A DNA stretch of 64,000 bases. Origin: Vicugna vicugna. Its lineage: Eukaryota. The notes under the pieces are model-generated. The model saw nothing but the letters and a program-made list of their open reading frames with translations. It searched no databases and was not told where the DNA came from. Both the position numbers and the translations under genes were made by a program. Positions 12,430 to 24,541 of this stretch are shown piece by piece (the stretch's first letter is position 1; each line of letters opens with the position of its first letter). The DNA lies in assembly GCA_013265495.1 (NCBI GenBank), contig MU058198.1, positions 7,765,779 to 7,829,778 of the forward strand, in the 5' to 3' direction.

Positions 12430-12940
12430 CTGCGGAACGTGGGGGTGGGGGTGGGGCACGCTCACCCTTGCGCATGGTCTCCTGCAGCTGCTCTGCCACC
12501 TCCTGCATGCCCATGTCACGGAGCACGAGCGCCGTGAGCTCGGCGCCATATGGCTCCAGATAGTAGCTGACCAGCTTGTCGGTGAGGTCCATGGCATCCA
12601 TGGGCAGAAGTGTTCCCCGCGGGATGCGCCCATAGCCGTCGCGCAGCGGCACCGAGAGCAGCTTCATCTTGAACTTCTTGAGCTCGTCGGCGGTCAGGCT
12701 CTCCAGCGCGTCTAGGATGGCATCGCGCGTGCACCCCATGGCTCTGGGATCCCCGCTGCTGCCTCTCTCCCGGGTGTCTGCCGAGCGGGAAGTCTGCTCC
12801 AGGGCGGGACCTGCAACTCCCCGCCTTCTCTGAACTCTCAACTTTGTCCCAGCCCATTGCCCTGGGGTGTACCCCCTTCGTTTCCATCCACTCCTGGCCA
12901 TCGGGGGGCGCCCAGATCACTTTCTTCGGCGGGTCCGGGA
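12430..12940. promoter_or_regulatory. CpG-rich PYCARD promoter/exon 1 region with GC box (gggcggg ~12801) and ETS-like cgggaagt
   Basis: Visibly high CpG density; boundaries estimated by eye. Confidence 0.7.
12466..12739 (-). CDS. PYCARD: PYCARD exon 1 ([45 protein letters not shown]...)
   Basis: Strong Kozak gccATGG, 274 nt, donor gtgagc; classic ASC pyrin domain. Confidence 0.97.
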
Positions 12941-13539
12941 GGTGGGACCCAAGAGACCAGGTGGAAAAGGGCTTGTGGGTGGTGCCTGCCTCTCCAGGCT
13001 TGCACTGCTTAGGACAGACCAGGAACCTAATTTATTGGAGCGCCAAGGCTTAGAATCTTTGAATTCTAGAACGCTGAAATCTCCATATTTTCCCAAAGCT
13101 TAGCATCCTCTCTCACATGTCCTAGAATCAGAACCATAGAATCCTAAGAGCCAGAACCATGTAGCTTCCCAAATTTCACATGGGAGAAATGAAGTGTGAA
13201 AAAGAGGGTAGGGATTAAGTGTATGTGCTCTCTCTCTGAGCCTGTTTCCTTATCTATAAAATGGGGATAATAACACTTCACTGAGCCACTTAGTAAATAC
13301 ACCAGCATAACATGGGCTACCTGATGGTGCCTGAAACCTTCCTGGGAGAGCCAGGATTTGGTTCCTGAGGAGCTGAAGTCCTTGGAAAGTGATGACAAGA
13401 AACATTTGCAATGGTTGAGAAAATTGTCTATTGGAGGGAAAGTCATGGGTGGAGAGCTACTCTGGGGCTAGGGGGCTTGGCCCAGAAGAGCATTTGGAAG
13501 TTGGCATGGGTTGGCATTGGAAGCCAGACTGTGTCCAGA

Positions 13540-14030
13540 ATCCTTAACTTGCTCTTAACATGGCTCTGAAGGCCCTGCTAGTCTGCTCCTCTGGACCTCA
13601 CCCAGCCTTGCCTTGCACCACACCCTGCCCCGCCTCCATCTCTGAGTTCAACCACACTGGCCTCTCAGTTCCTCAAACGCTCCAGGCTCCTTTGCTTCTC
13701 CAAGTCTTTAAACATGCTGTTCCCTCAGCCTGGAGCTCTTTTCCCTCACTCTTTGCCTGACAAACTCTGGAGGCTTTAGGTCTTAAGTTAAATGCTGCTT
13801 CCTCCGGGAGACCAGGTTTAGAATCCCTCCAGTTCAAAACACCTACTTACTTGTAGCTCTCATAGCAATTGTGACTAAATTGTAACTAACTTTGTGAATT
13901 TGTTTAGCATCGGTCTTCCCTGACAGTCTGTAAATGTGCATGTCCAGATCATCGTTATATCTGTGGCATCCAGAAGAGTGCTGGGCCTGTAGCAGGTGCT
14001 CACTAAATCTTCATGGGATCAATAATGGAT
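13540..14030. mobile_element. Ancient L2 LINE fragment(s)
   Basis: L2-typical text (aggccctg...ctggcctctcagttcctcaaac...ttaaatgctgcttcctccgggag...caggtgctcactaaat); approximate. Confidence 0.55.
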
Positions 14031-17019
14031 GAATGGGCCTTGTGGCTCAATGGGGATACCAGGAACTGAAGGTGTGCCTTCCATATAAGGAAGAGGCAGC
14101 TTCCAGAAGCAGAAAGACTGGACTGAAGCCATACAGTCTCAACTGAATCCCGAATCTCCTTCCTTGGTGGGTATTGGGAAGCCTTCCTTTTCCCCTCTCA
14201 GCTGGGTTGTAACAATCACCTTTCCTTCTAGGGATGTGATCCTGACATTTCAGACATTCATTTCTTCACTGGGCATTCATCTCCCCACCACAAGATCCCC
14301 AGCATCAAGAGAGTGCCCGGGACATAGGAGGTGCTCAGTGAAGAACTGTTAAATGTAGGAATAACTGAGGCTGTGCTACCTGTAACATGTTTTCAAGGGC
14401 CCTGCTCCCCATCCTTGCGCATTTGCCCCATCCCGTCTGGGTCGTACTGTGTGTCAACATCCTTGGTCCCACAGCCAGTGTTCCCTGGCACATGGCTCTT
14501 TATTATTGTGCCTCGTCACTGGTCCTCATCCTTTCAGAATCTCCATTGTGTGTACTGTGGCCAGAAGGCTACATCTTCTTAGCCCACACATTGATCCTGT
14601 CCCTCCTCTGCTTAGAAAACTGTGACCCCTCAGGGCCCGCAGAATTAAGTCCAAGTGCCTTGGCTTGACCTTCAAGGCCCTTGCCAACTTTCTTGGCAGC
14701 ACCTTCTACCCTGTTGGCCTCTGGACCTCTGCATATGTGGCACCTGCCTCTCTGCTTGGTCCCTTTTCCCTCCTGATCTGCTTGGGGATTTCCTGCCTGT
14801 TCTCCAACATGCATCAGGAGTCACATTTTTAAAGAAATAATAAAAATGTGAGCCCCTATTTATACAGGCTGTGATCCTTGACATGCATTTTTTCTAAGCC
14901 TTACAACAATCCCTTTGGTTTAGGAAATAGTAGCCCTATTTTACAAGGAACAAGGTTGAGGCTCAGAGAGGTTGAAGGATTTGCCCAAGGTCACAGAGTT
15001 GAGGGATCATACAGCTTGTCTGGCGAGCTCCTGAGTCTGTCCTCTGGATACTCTTTGCTGTTGAGATTTCTAGCCTCTCTGCAAAATGAATTATTCCTTG
15101 GTCATGTCTGCCGGATATCCCTATGATGCCACAGTGTTTACCACCCCGTGAGTATGTCTCTTCACTCTGCTTTTCCCACCAGACTGAGGACTCCTTGAGA
15201 AACCTTTCAGGTCCACAGCACCCACACAGGGCTTGGCACAGATCCAACTTTGAGAAGCCTTTATGGAATAACAAAAGTATCCTAGAATCTAGAATCATAG
15301 AAACCTGCTCCTTTCACATGTGTTACAATCTTAGAAGCTTTGGGTGTTTGATCCCAATTTAAAAAACAATTGCCTGATTCAACGCCACAATGAGCAGGGA
15401 TCCCCTTGGCCATATATATGGCCACCATTTGACTGCATCTCTTGAATGCTTGTTCAGATGGGGTGGCCTTGGCCTTGAGTGAAACCGAAGTCACACGTTT
15501 CCATGGAAATCTTGGGGCTGTAGGAAATTGCACTTGGGAGACTGTCTCATGACTCAGAGGAGGAGATGGGCTTCCTGGAGGAGAGGGAGCTGAGTACGTG
15601 TGTCATGCTGTGACGCAGTGCCCCTTTCCTTGTTCCTGTGAATCACCACCCAGGACCCTTCCTCTTGGGGGCCCAGCTTTCCCCTGGCATCTGACCCCAG
15701 TCACATTCCTGCTCACACACGTTCAGACTGAGACAAGATCTTGGCTGTGATTTTTCACCTGATGTCACTTCAGAGCAAGCACCAGCACTTCAGTGTGATG
15801 TCACAGGGAGGGAAGGGACAAGGAGCTGACAGTGCAGGCGCGTCCGCTCATAGAAGTGGAAGCCTCAATCCTGCAGAGGTTTCGGGCCAGAAGTCAGTGA
15901 GGACAAGTGACATATTTTTGGCAGGTGAACGTGCTCCAAGAGCACACTGGAGCCTCTGAACTCAGAAAGGAACAACGTTTTTGAAGAATCTATTTTATTT
16001 TAAAAAGATGCCCAATCTCATGGTAAGTGCCACGGGAGGCTAATAAGAGTAACCACAGTTTCTGGCTTTCGAATGTACTAGATTCCAGGCACTATGCTAA
16101 GCACTCAACGTGCACAGTCTCATTTAATTCTGCCAACAACCCTGTGGGGTATGTGTGTTATTCCACCTTACAGAGGAGAAAGCTGTAGTTTTCAGAAATT
16201 ACTCTGGAAGCCCGCACTGGCAGTAAATGAGGAAATTCAGATCGAAGCATCTGACTCTGGGTCCCAAATTCCAACCTATGTCCTAGAAACCCACTCTCTG
16301 TCTTCAAGAACGGACAAATGGCTCGGAGAGGTAATGTATACGGAAATGTGTGCCTCCTCCAGGCTGTCCGCACACACCCTTAGGAGGGCAGATGTTGCAA
16401 TAATAGCAACAATAGTATTAACTTCCTCCTCTTTGCAGAATGCTCTAGAACTCACAATATAGAAGATTGTGGAATAGTGGGGAGTGCAGGAGATGAGGGG
16501 TATCACACCCACTCAGATTCTACTCCCAGACCCTCTACCTCCTAGCTTGTGACTTGGGGAGGTCACAGCCCTTCTCTGGGGACTGCATCCTGTGTCAATA
16601 ATGCACTCACATCACCAGCCACAGGGAATTGGTGCCCTGAGAAGGGCAGCAACTTGTCCAGGGTACCCCAGGGAGGTAAGCTCAGAGCCAGCTCATTCCT
16701 GGAGACCGCAGTGCAGCTTCACCCCTGGAGAAGAGGGGAATAGGAACCTTGGGCAGCTCTCCGGGAAGCCATGGTAATCCCTTCTACTTTGACCCTCTTT
16801 TCTGGGGGTAGTACTCAGAGTTCTGAGCTTTGATCCCTGGCAGGAAAGAACTTCCAAGTCTCACCTCAGGCCCACCTTTGGTCCCTGGACTAGACCAGAG
16901 TGGTTGGTGGTAAGATGCTTCCCGGGTGTGACCTACCACCGTCCACCCTCCCCAAAATAACTCTGCTGGAGACAGATTGCACTTCCCAGGGCCAGAAGGA
17001 CCATAGACTGCCAGGACTT

Positions 17020-17690
17020 TGGGCAAGTCACTTAATCTCTTTGTGCCTCATGGCTTCCTGATAAGATAGGAACAATGATGGGGGTTATTAAGAGGTTCTG
17101 AGGTTATAAATGGATTAAGAATTATGAAGTGCTTGAAACAGACCTGGCAGCATCTGGTAGGTGCTTTTGTTATTGTTAAAGTTTCTTAGCCTCAGTTTCC
17201 CAGTCTGTGAAATGCGGATGATGTTATTGAATTTACAGGGCTGTAGGGAAGATTCATTGGAACAATTGGTAGTAATAATATCACTATCAACATTTATTGA
17301 ACATTTTCTATGAGCCTGGCATTGTGCTAAAAGCTTTATAGGGATTATCTTATTGAATCTTCATAACAATCCAATAATCTTGAGAATAATCCTGACATCA
17401 TCCCCACTTTACAGATGAGAAAATCAGGTTAAGTGACTTGCCCAAGGTCACACAACGAGGAAAGAGCAGAGGCAAGATTTGAACCTAGTGGTGGCAGTCA
17501 CCACTTCCAAAGCCCTTGGGTGCCAGCACACTGTCCCTGGTGTTGATTTAGTATATTATCTAGTTTCATCCTCATAACAGCCCTACAGGGATGGCATCAT
17601 TATGTCTACCTATCCTTATATTGTAGTTGAAGATGCTGAAGCCCAGAAAAACAAGTGGTCTTCCTGGGGGCACCAGTAGGAGCTTGTGGC
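17020..17690. mobile_element. Cluster of MIR SINE fragments
   Basis: MIR core motifs gggcaagtcacttaatctct, cctcagtttcc, tttacagatgagaaa, acttgcccaaggtcacac. Confidence 0.65.
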
Positions 17691-20486
17691 ACCAGCATTC
17701 AGGACCTGCCTCTGCAGTGGCCCTGACTGGGGGGTTTCTGGCTTCTATTTGCATTTACCCAGTAGGAGGAGTTCTCACCTCCCACGCACTTATCACCCCA
17801 GCTGTTAGGAAGCTCTCCTTAGGAGAAGCTGAAATCTGCTCCCTCTGAGCTCCAGGCCCGAGGGACCTCACAGATCTCTGTCTTAGGGTCAGCAACACTA
17901 GTCCTCACCCCTTCTCCCCTGGGCATGGTTTCAGGCCCCTTCTCGTCCTCCAACCTGCTGTAGATGATCAGTGTCCCTTCTTGGGTCGGAGGTCAGACCT
18001 GGCTCATCTACAATAAGGGATTGAGTTGACTGTCACCTCCCTGTCCTGGGCACCCACTCCTAGTGACCAAAACCTTCAGCCCTAGCCTGGCAGAGGTGGA
18101 AACTTCAGGTGAGATCTACATTTGGATGCTGACTTTTTGAGCTGAAGTGAAGTGGCTTGTGGTTTCAGAGACCAAATCCAGATGTGCTCTCATCCCCAAC
18201 CCTCTCCTGTTTGGGACAATCGACCTCTGGATTTCTCAGGGTTCCGATAAAAAGCCCTACCTTCCTGAGACTCTTCACATAGCCAGGATAGTTAATTGCT
18301 CTAATCCCAAAGAATAATAAAACTTCTCTTATCTCTTCCTGAGAGGCCCAAGTGATTACAGCCTGAACAAAGTTTCTAGGTTAAGCCCCCGAGGTGCCAG
18401 GAAGCATGGAACAGCTTCCTAAGAGAATCAGCATGCAGTACGGAAAACTTCAAGCATTTAAGAAGGAATGAGCCCCAGAGCTTGGAAACAAGTTGTAGAA
18501 GTAGAGACTTGCTAGGAGCTACCTGGCTGGCTTTTGGGGAGAGTCATTTACCAAAAAGTTGGAGTAAGGAGACCTTTGTCGGGTGGGGTGCGGATCCTAC
18601 AGGATGTCAGGTGGGGCCAGGTCTTGGTGCCAATGACCCAAGCAAGATGTTAGCCTCCAGGACGGAGGGTTCACACAGACGAATACTTCCTGATGCCACT
18701 GCGTGTATGTCCCTAGGGTGAGCCATGGCAATCCACCACCTCCCCAGGAGATCCTCCCAGACCAGCAGGTGATAAATTGCAATTTATATTCACTAATATT
18801 GAGCGTAAGCATCCTGAGAGCCCATTTACATTTTCCCTGTGCCTAAATGCAGCCAGGGACCGTGAAGTGTGAGACAGTGCTCCTCATCTTTAATGCCCAG
18901 CAGAATTTCAAGAAAATGTTAGGAAGACCAACAATTTTTTGCCTTTTCTTGCCAATGTTCAGAAAGCTTTTGCTGCCATGGTTTTTAATTAATGTGTAAA
19001 TAATATATAAAAACCATTATACCCTATTGTGTATCTCTTTTAAAAAAAGATCTCATTATTCATTATTTGTCTATAATCTGTATTTTTGTAACATTTTGTG
19101 TGCTGTATTTCTTTAAATTATTTTAATTAAAATTTTAGGAAAGAAAAAAAATGAGGGGAGGGGGACAGCTGCCTCCTTCTCTTTTATAAGCAGGGAAAAT
19201 AACTTTTCCTCATTTCTCACCTGTGGGATGCAGGCTACTCTTATAGGACAATTGACCCGGCTCTCTTGGAATCATCCTAGTATACGGGGAGGGGGGCAAA
19301 ATATTTACTATTTACTGTGAGGTATTAAATAAGAATCCTGTCTCTGATCCAGAACACCTCGTGTGCACATTTGGAATAAAATTAATAAAAATGATCATAA
19401 GAAACCCAAGAGAGAGGCAAAGAGAGGGTCCAAAGGGCAATTTAAGAGACTGAAACAGAAACAAAAACTCAAACTAAGAGAGGCAGAGAGTGGTGGAGGG
19501 AGAAATGAACAAATCCAGGAAAAGGCTGAGGGATTGTGACTGAGAGGCAGAAGAGAAGCACCAAGTGAGTTTGTGTGTTTACTCATTCATCGAGCATTTA
19601 TTGAGCACCTGCTGTGTGCCACACACTTTATTTGAAGTTGGAGACAAACAGTGAACAAGATTTATGTTCCGGTAGGAGGAGACAGACAAGAAACCAACAA
19701 GTAAAATATCTCATGTGTCAGATAGTGATAAATGTTATGAAAAAAAAAATAAAGCAGGGCAGGGAGATGTGAGATTTAAAATCAGGGAGTTAGGAAAAGC
19801 CTCAGTGAGAAAGTGACACAGGGTAGAAAGATCTGAGGGAGGTGAGGGAGGGAGGCATGCAATACTGGGTCTGAGATGGTGTTCCAGGCAGAGGGAGTGG
19901 GAGTGCAAAGGCCAAGGTTGGAGTGAACAGGGGGAGGGGTGAGTGATGATGGCCTGTGAGGACTTTGGTTTTTATGCTGAATGAGATTTAAATTGAGATG
20001 TAAGGGGTAAGCATGCAGGAAGGCTTGAGGCTTCCAGGGCGATACTGGACTGCAGGCTTTGGATTCAGTTCATTTATTTGTTCAACTTTCCCTCTGTCAT
20101 TCATTTTCCAAGGACTTAGGGAGGCCCACTTTGTCCCAGGGCTTATGCTGAGCACCCGATAGACCAACAGGAAAAAGACTCTCCCCTCAACCCTGCAGGA
20201 AGAAAAGCTTTCAGGGTTGGGGAAGTCCTGTTCTCTTGCAGTTGGAGATAATACTGCCAGTGTGAACTTGGAGAGCCTTAAGCTTGGGGAAAAAGTGGGT
20301 GACAAGCTAGGGAGGGGGCTATGGGCAGGGAAGGAGGGGCTGGAGAATGCGGAACTGGGGGACAAAGGGAAACTCCCTCCAATCATGCTTCTGTCTTTTC
20401 CATGGTATGAGAGGCCCTGTCTCTCTGCTGGATCTGAGCTCTGGCTCCAGGCTGGGCAGGGGAGAGGACAGTGGGATGGGCCAGGA

Positions 20487-20591
20487 CAGGTGGCCTTGAC
20501 ATGTGATGCTTCTCCGCTGACCACTCAGTCCTCACTTTTAGAACGGTTTCCAGAAATGATGGGAGGGGATGGGCAGGGCAGCTAAATATAG
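20487..20591 (+). promoter_or_regulatory. TRIM72 muscle promoter: E-boxes CAGGTG (20487-20492), CATGTG (20500-20505) and MEF2 site CTAAATATAG (20582-20591)
   Basis: Perfect YTAWWWWTAR match in TATA-like position; TRIM72 is known to be driven by MyoD/myogenin plus MEF2. Confidence 0.7.
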
Positions 20592-20614
20592 TGCTGAGGC
20601 CAGGGCTCAGTCTG

Positions 20615-20794
20615 GGAGGGTCTGTCTGCTATTCACTGGGCACCCATCACCCGTGGTGTCCCCTGTCCTTGCTCTGAGCTTGCTGTTTGCCTCTTGCCTG
20701 TCTTCAGGCACAGCTCTGATCCCTCTTCGGTTAGGCCTGACCTTGACTGGGCCTCTTGGGAGTCTCTTTTTGCTTAAGATCTCCAATCAGACCT
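20615..20794 (+). other. TRIM72: Probable non-coding exon 1 of TRIM72 (start approximate)
   Basis: Strong donor cct|GTAAGT at 20795; next exon acceptor (ccctccag at 21235) lies 7 nt before the ATG. Confidence 0.6.
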
Positions 20795-21242
20795 GTAAGT
20801 CCCGTGGGTCCTGTGGGCCTGGGGGTATGGGGGAGGGGAGGGCTGTGGGTACTGCAGCGGTGAGAGGAAGGTAGGGGGCAGGTGTTCTGGTGAATTTGGG
20901 GTTAGGGCTGAGGCCCGGGGCAAAGTCACGAGAAGGACAGTGGATAAGACCTGTTTGCAACCCAGCCTTGTGCTTAGGAACCAGGATTGAGACCAGGCCC
21001 CTGACAGGGGCTATTTTGGGGGCTGGGGCTGAAAACTGCAGTTGAGGCTCCTTTGGGACTGAGAGGGAGTCTGCTCTTCCTCCTTGGCCAGAACCAGAGT
21101 CCTTTTCTGTATGAGATGAGAGGCCTTTATAGGAAGGGGCAACTCCCTTCGGGACTGCAGACCCGGACTGGGGCTGAGGCTGGGCCCGGACTGTGGCCCT
21201 GCTGAGCTTCTCCGACTGACCCCTCCTCCCTCCAGGCCTGCC

Positions 21243-21632
21243 ATGTCGGCTGCGCCCGGCCTCCTGCACCAGGAGCTGTCCTGTCCGCTGTGCCTGCAGC
21301 TGTTCGACGCGCCTGTGACGGCTGAGTGCGGCCACAGCTTCTGTCGCGCCTGCCTGAACCGCGTGGCAGGGGAGCCCGCGGCGGACGGCACGGTGCTCTG
21401 CCCGAGCTGTCAGGCACCCACGCGGCCGCAGGCGCTCAGCACCAACCAGCAGCTGGCGCGTCTGGTGGAGGGGCTGGCGCAGGTGCCGCAGGGCCACTGC
21501 GAGGAGCACCTAGACCCGCTCAGCATCTACTGCGAGCAGGACCGCGCGCTCGTGTGCGGCGTGTGCGCGTCGCTCGGTTCTCACCGCGGCCACCGCCTGC
21601 TGCCCGCCGCCGAAGCCCATGCACGCCTCAAG
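21243..21632 (+). CDS. TRIM72: TRIM72/MG53 first coding exon (RING + B-box)
   Basis: gcc[41 protein letters not shown]...[32 protein letters not shown]; 390 nt; donor gtgcgg. Confidence 0.97.
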
Positions 21633-23154
21633 GTGCGGGCCCTGGGGTGCCTCCTGCGGGGGCGGGGTTGGATGGGATTTTTGGACGGGTCGCGGCCGGC
21701 CCCATCCGGGGCCTGGCCAATCCGGAGGTTGCTGCCTTGACTTTGCATCCGAGCTTCAGGGACCAGGATGCCTGGAGTTGCAGGGGACGCGGGTGGGGCC
21801 CGGCGGCTAGGGAACTGGGGGCTGATGAGCTGAAGACAGAGACTGGTGGAGACCCGAGACTTGAAGAGGTGCGCAGGGACGGGCCCTGGAGGCATGGGCG
21901 CAGCCGCTGGAGTGTGCCTGGAGATGCGGAGGGCGCAGCTACAGAGCTGAGTCTGCGGATCTGGGGGCCGAGCCGAAGACTGAGTCGGTGCCCGCGGCCC
22001 AGGGGCTCAGGCTCCGCTGCTGGGCGTAGGTCAGGGTAAGGGGCTGGGCTGGCCGAGGCTGCTCAGCTGCTGGGCGGTAGCCCTCGCGCCCCTGGAGCCA
22101 CGGAGCATTGTGTGGGCGTGATGTTACCATATGGGGCCTAACCCGGGAGGCCAGGGCACGCACCTCTGTGCGCAGGCCCAGGTTGGCACCAAGACCCAAG
22201 TTCAGGCTGTTTTTCTAGTTGGAGCCGGAAGTTCCGAACACTTCCAGTGCCCGCACACACCTGTGCGTGCCCCGAGGTTTGCGATCCCCATGGGTGCCCA
22301 CCAGACACCCAGACACTGGCAAATGGAGACGCAGGTACCCAGGCTCGGCCTTGTCATGTGTGGCAAATCACACGCATGTAGCTACGGGAGGGCATGTGTC
22401 TACACAGGCCCAAGGAGATCTGTCATGAAGCATTTATAGGAAGAGTAAACGACAGGTGCAGGGGCGGGAGGAGGAGGAGTCTGGAGGCATGGAGCAGTTC
22501 TCAGTTCCTGCGGTGGAGAAGCTGCCATCATCTTCTCCCAATTGCTGCTGTGCTTCAGGAGTGGGGATGGGGCAGGGAGGGGACTTCTGTGAGTTACCTT
22601 TGCCCACAAACTGCATTGCACTGCACTTCTCATTGGCCCCCAGATTCTTGTCCTTAGGCTGGCATTTGAGGCCCTCAGACTCCCCCCAGGGACCCAGCCT
22701 CACGGTCCCTCTGACTCCAGCCTTGCCAGTCTAGCCGGGTGCTGGCTGGTGGTCTCCTAGCCCAGCGCAGGCACCTCCTCCTCCCAGGAGCCCTGCCTGC
22801 CCAGGCTCACCTCTGCTGATAACCCCAGAACTCCCAACCTTGTCCATTTTTAATCTGCTAAGAGACAGCAGAGTCCGTGAAATGGGATGGGGCACCAAGT
22901 GGGCCAGGAGCCTTGCGGGGGCAGGTGGGTGGGATAGAGTCTGTCAGGGTCTGCATCAGCCCAGCTCTAAGCCTCAGGAAGGGGCTAGCTGGAGGTCTGA
23001 AGCGGGGATCTCTGAAAGGAGACTAAAGGAGGAGGGGGCAGGAAAGCTGGGGCAGGACTGGATGCCAAGGTCCTTGGTGAGGAAGAAGGGCTGGCTCCAG
23101 AGACCTCGTGCCAAGACTTGAGTGGTTGAATGGGATCTGCTGGCACATGGGGCT

Positions 23155-23371
23155 CGCGGCCCCCTGAAGCCGTGCTGTCTCCTCCTGTGTGCCTGTGTCT
23201 TGAGCAAGACTGCCATGAGCTCAGTACCTGCACTGTAGTCCTCGCACCCCACCCCTGCCTGCCCTCCATGGGATGTTCCAAAAGCCTTTGCCTAGCCACA
23301 AACTTTTTGAGCTCATCTGTGGTCTTGGGGTTCTCCCGGGCCTCCAGGATGGCATCGTGCTTGGTCCCCAT
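23155..23371 (-). pseudogene. PYDC1: Degenerate PYD-only gene, PYDC1/POP1-like, nested antisense in TRIM72 intron 2
   Basis: Three frames give MGTKHDAILEARENPKTTDELKKF (from 23371), EDYSAGTELMAVLLK (from 23243) and QEETARLQGAA (23187-23155). These are collinear with human POP1 as recalled (MGTKREAILKVLENLTPEELKKF...EDYAAELVVAVLRD...EEAARLQRAA). Same nested position as human PYDC1. Confidence 0.85.
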
Positions 23372-24357
23372 GGCTCAGCCCTGTCACCCATGAACCTCGG
23401 ATGGCTGAGAGCCACCGGGCCCACCCTGTCCTGCAGCAGATGGGGCTGTCGCCCTGGAGGATGTCTCCTTGGGGAGGAGACTGACCTGGCTTCTGGCCAT
23501 GGGAGCCCTTCGTCCAATTCTGTGGCTCCCACGGAGGCAGGTGAAGGGACTCATCAGCAAACAGCGCTTAGAGGGTCTTCTAGTTTCACTAAGTGGGAGC
23601 AGGGAGGGAGCAGCCAATTTGTCAGAACCACAGGTGATGTGGAGATGACTGTTCCCATTTTGCAGAAGAGGAAACTGAGGTTGGAAGCCATGGAGGCAGG
23701 ACTGGAAACATCTGATTCCAGGGCCGTGCACCTCCCAGCAGAGTGACTTTAGCTGGAGGTATTTGGAACTCCCCTACACCTGCCTTTTGAGAGTCAAACT
23801 GACAGACCTAGGGTAGGAGCTGGCCCAGATATGTTTGGTTTGTCCATGCAGAAGATATTTTTATTAAATTGCCTACCCCCAGAGACTACCGGTGTGCAGG
23901 GAACATTTTGCTAAGGGTCTGCTTTTAGGTATAGGGTGAAACCCAGGAATAGGGGGAGGCTGCATTTTTTCTTTACACATCCTATGCTAACCCCAGAAGC
24001 CTACTGTGTGCCAAGCCCTTACCCCTCTGGTGGAGGGGACCAGGCTGCATTTGTGTTTGTCATCTTCACAAAGACCTGTTCTGGAGGGCTGCTTGCTGAA
24101 GCGATGGAATCAGGGAAGGCAAAGCGAGGGAGGACTTACCTACGTAGACAATGGGAGATGAGGCATTTGAGCCATCAGGATCAGTACTGACAAGGGCTTC
24201 TGACCAGTGAGTGTATCTGGGGAGTGGTAGGATGTCAGCCTGGCTGGAAGAGGAGCAGGCGTGGAGGCTGAGCCCGAGGGAGCAGGTTAATGTGGGAGGT
24301 ATGGGTTAAGGTGGGGGAGGTGGTAGCAAGGTCACTTCTTTATGTCTTGCCCCCCAG

Positions 24358-24453
24358 ACACAGCTCCCACAGCAGAAGCTGCAGCTGCAGGAGGCATGCA
24401 TGAGAAAGGAGAAGAGTGTGGCCGTGCTGGAGCATCAGCTGGCGGAGGTGGAG
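24358..24453 (+). CDS. TRIM72: TRIM72 coding exon 2 (coiled coil, [32 protein letters not shown])
   Basis: cccccag|ACA...GAG|gtgagg; 96 nt. Confidence 0.95.
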
Positions 24454-24541
24454 GTGAGGGGCTTAGCATGGAAGAGCCTGGGAACTGGGAGTCCAGGCTG
24501 GGGGTCCCCAGCTAAATGCTTTTGCCTATGTGCCCCCACAG

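Noticed and set aside
20787..22039. Long overlapping ORFs (240 aa minus, 237 aa plus) over the first TRIM72 coding exon
   Set aside because: Shadow ORFs of a GC-rich exon; low-complexity R/A/G/P composition and non-ATG or weak starts
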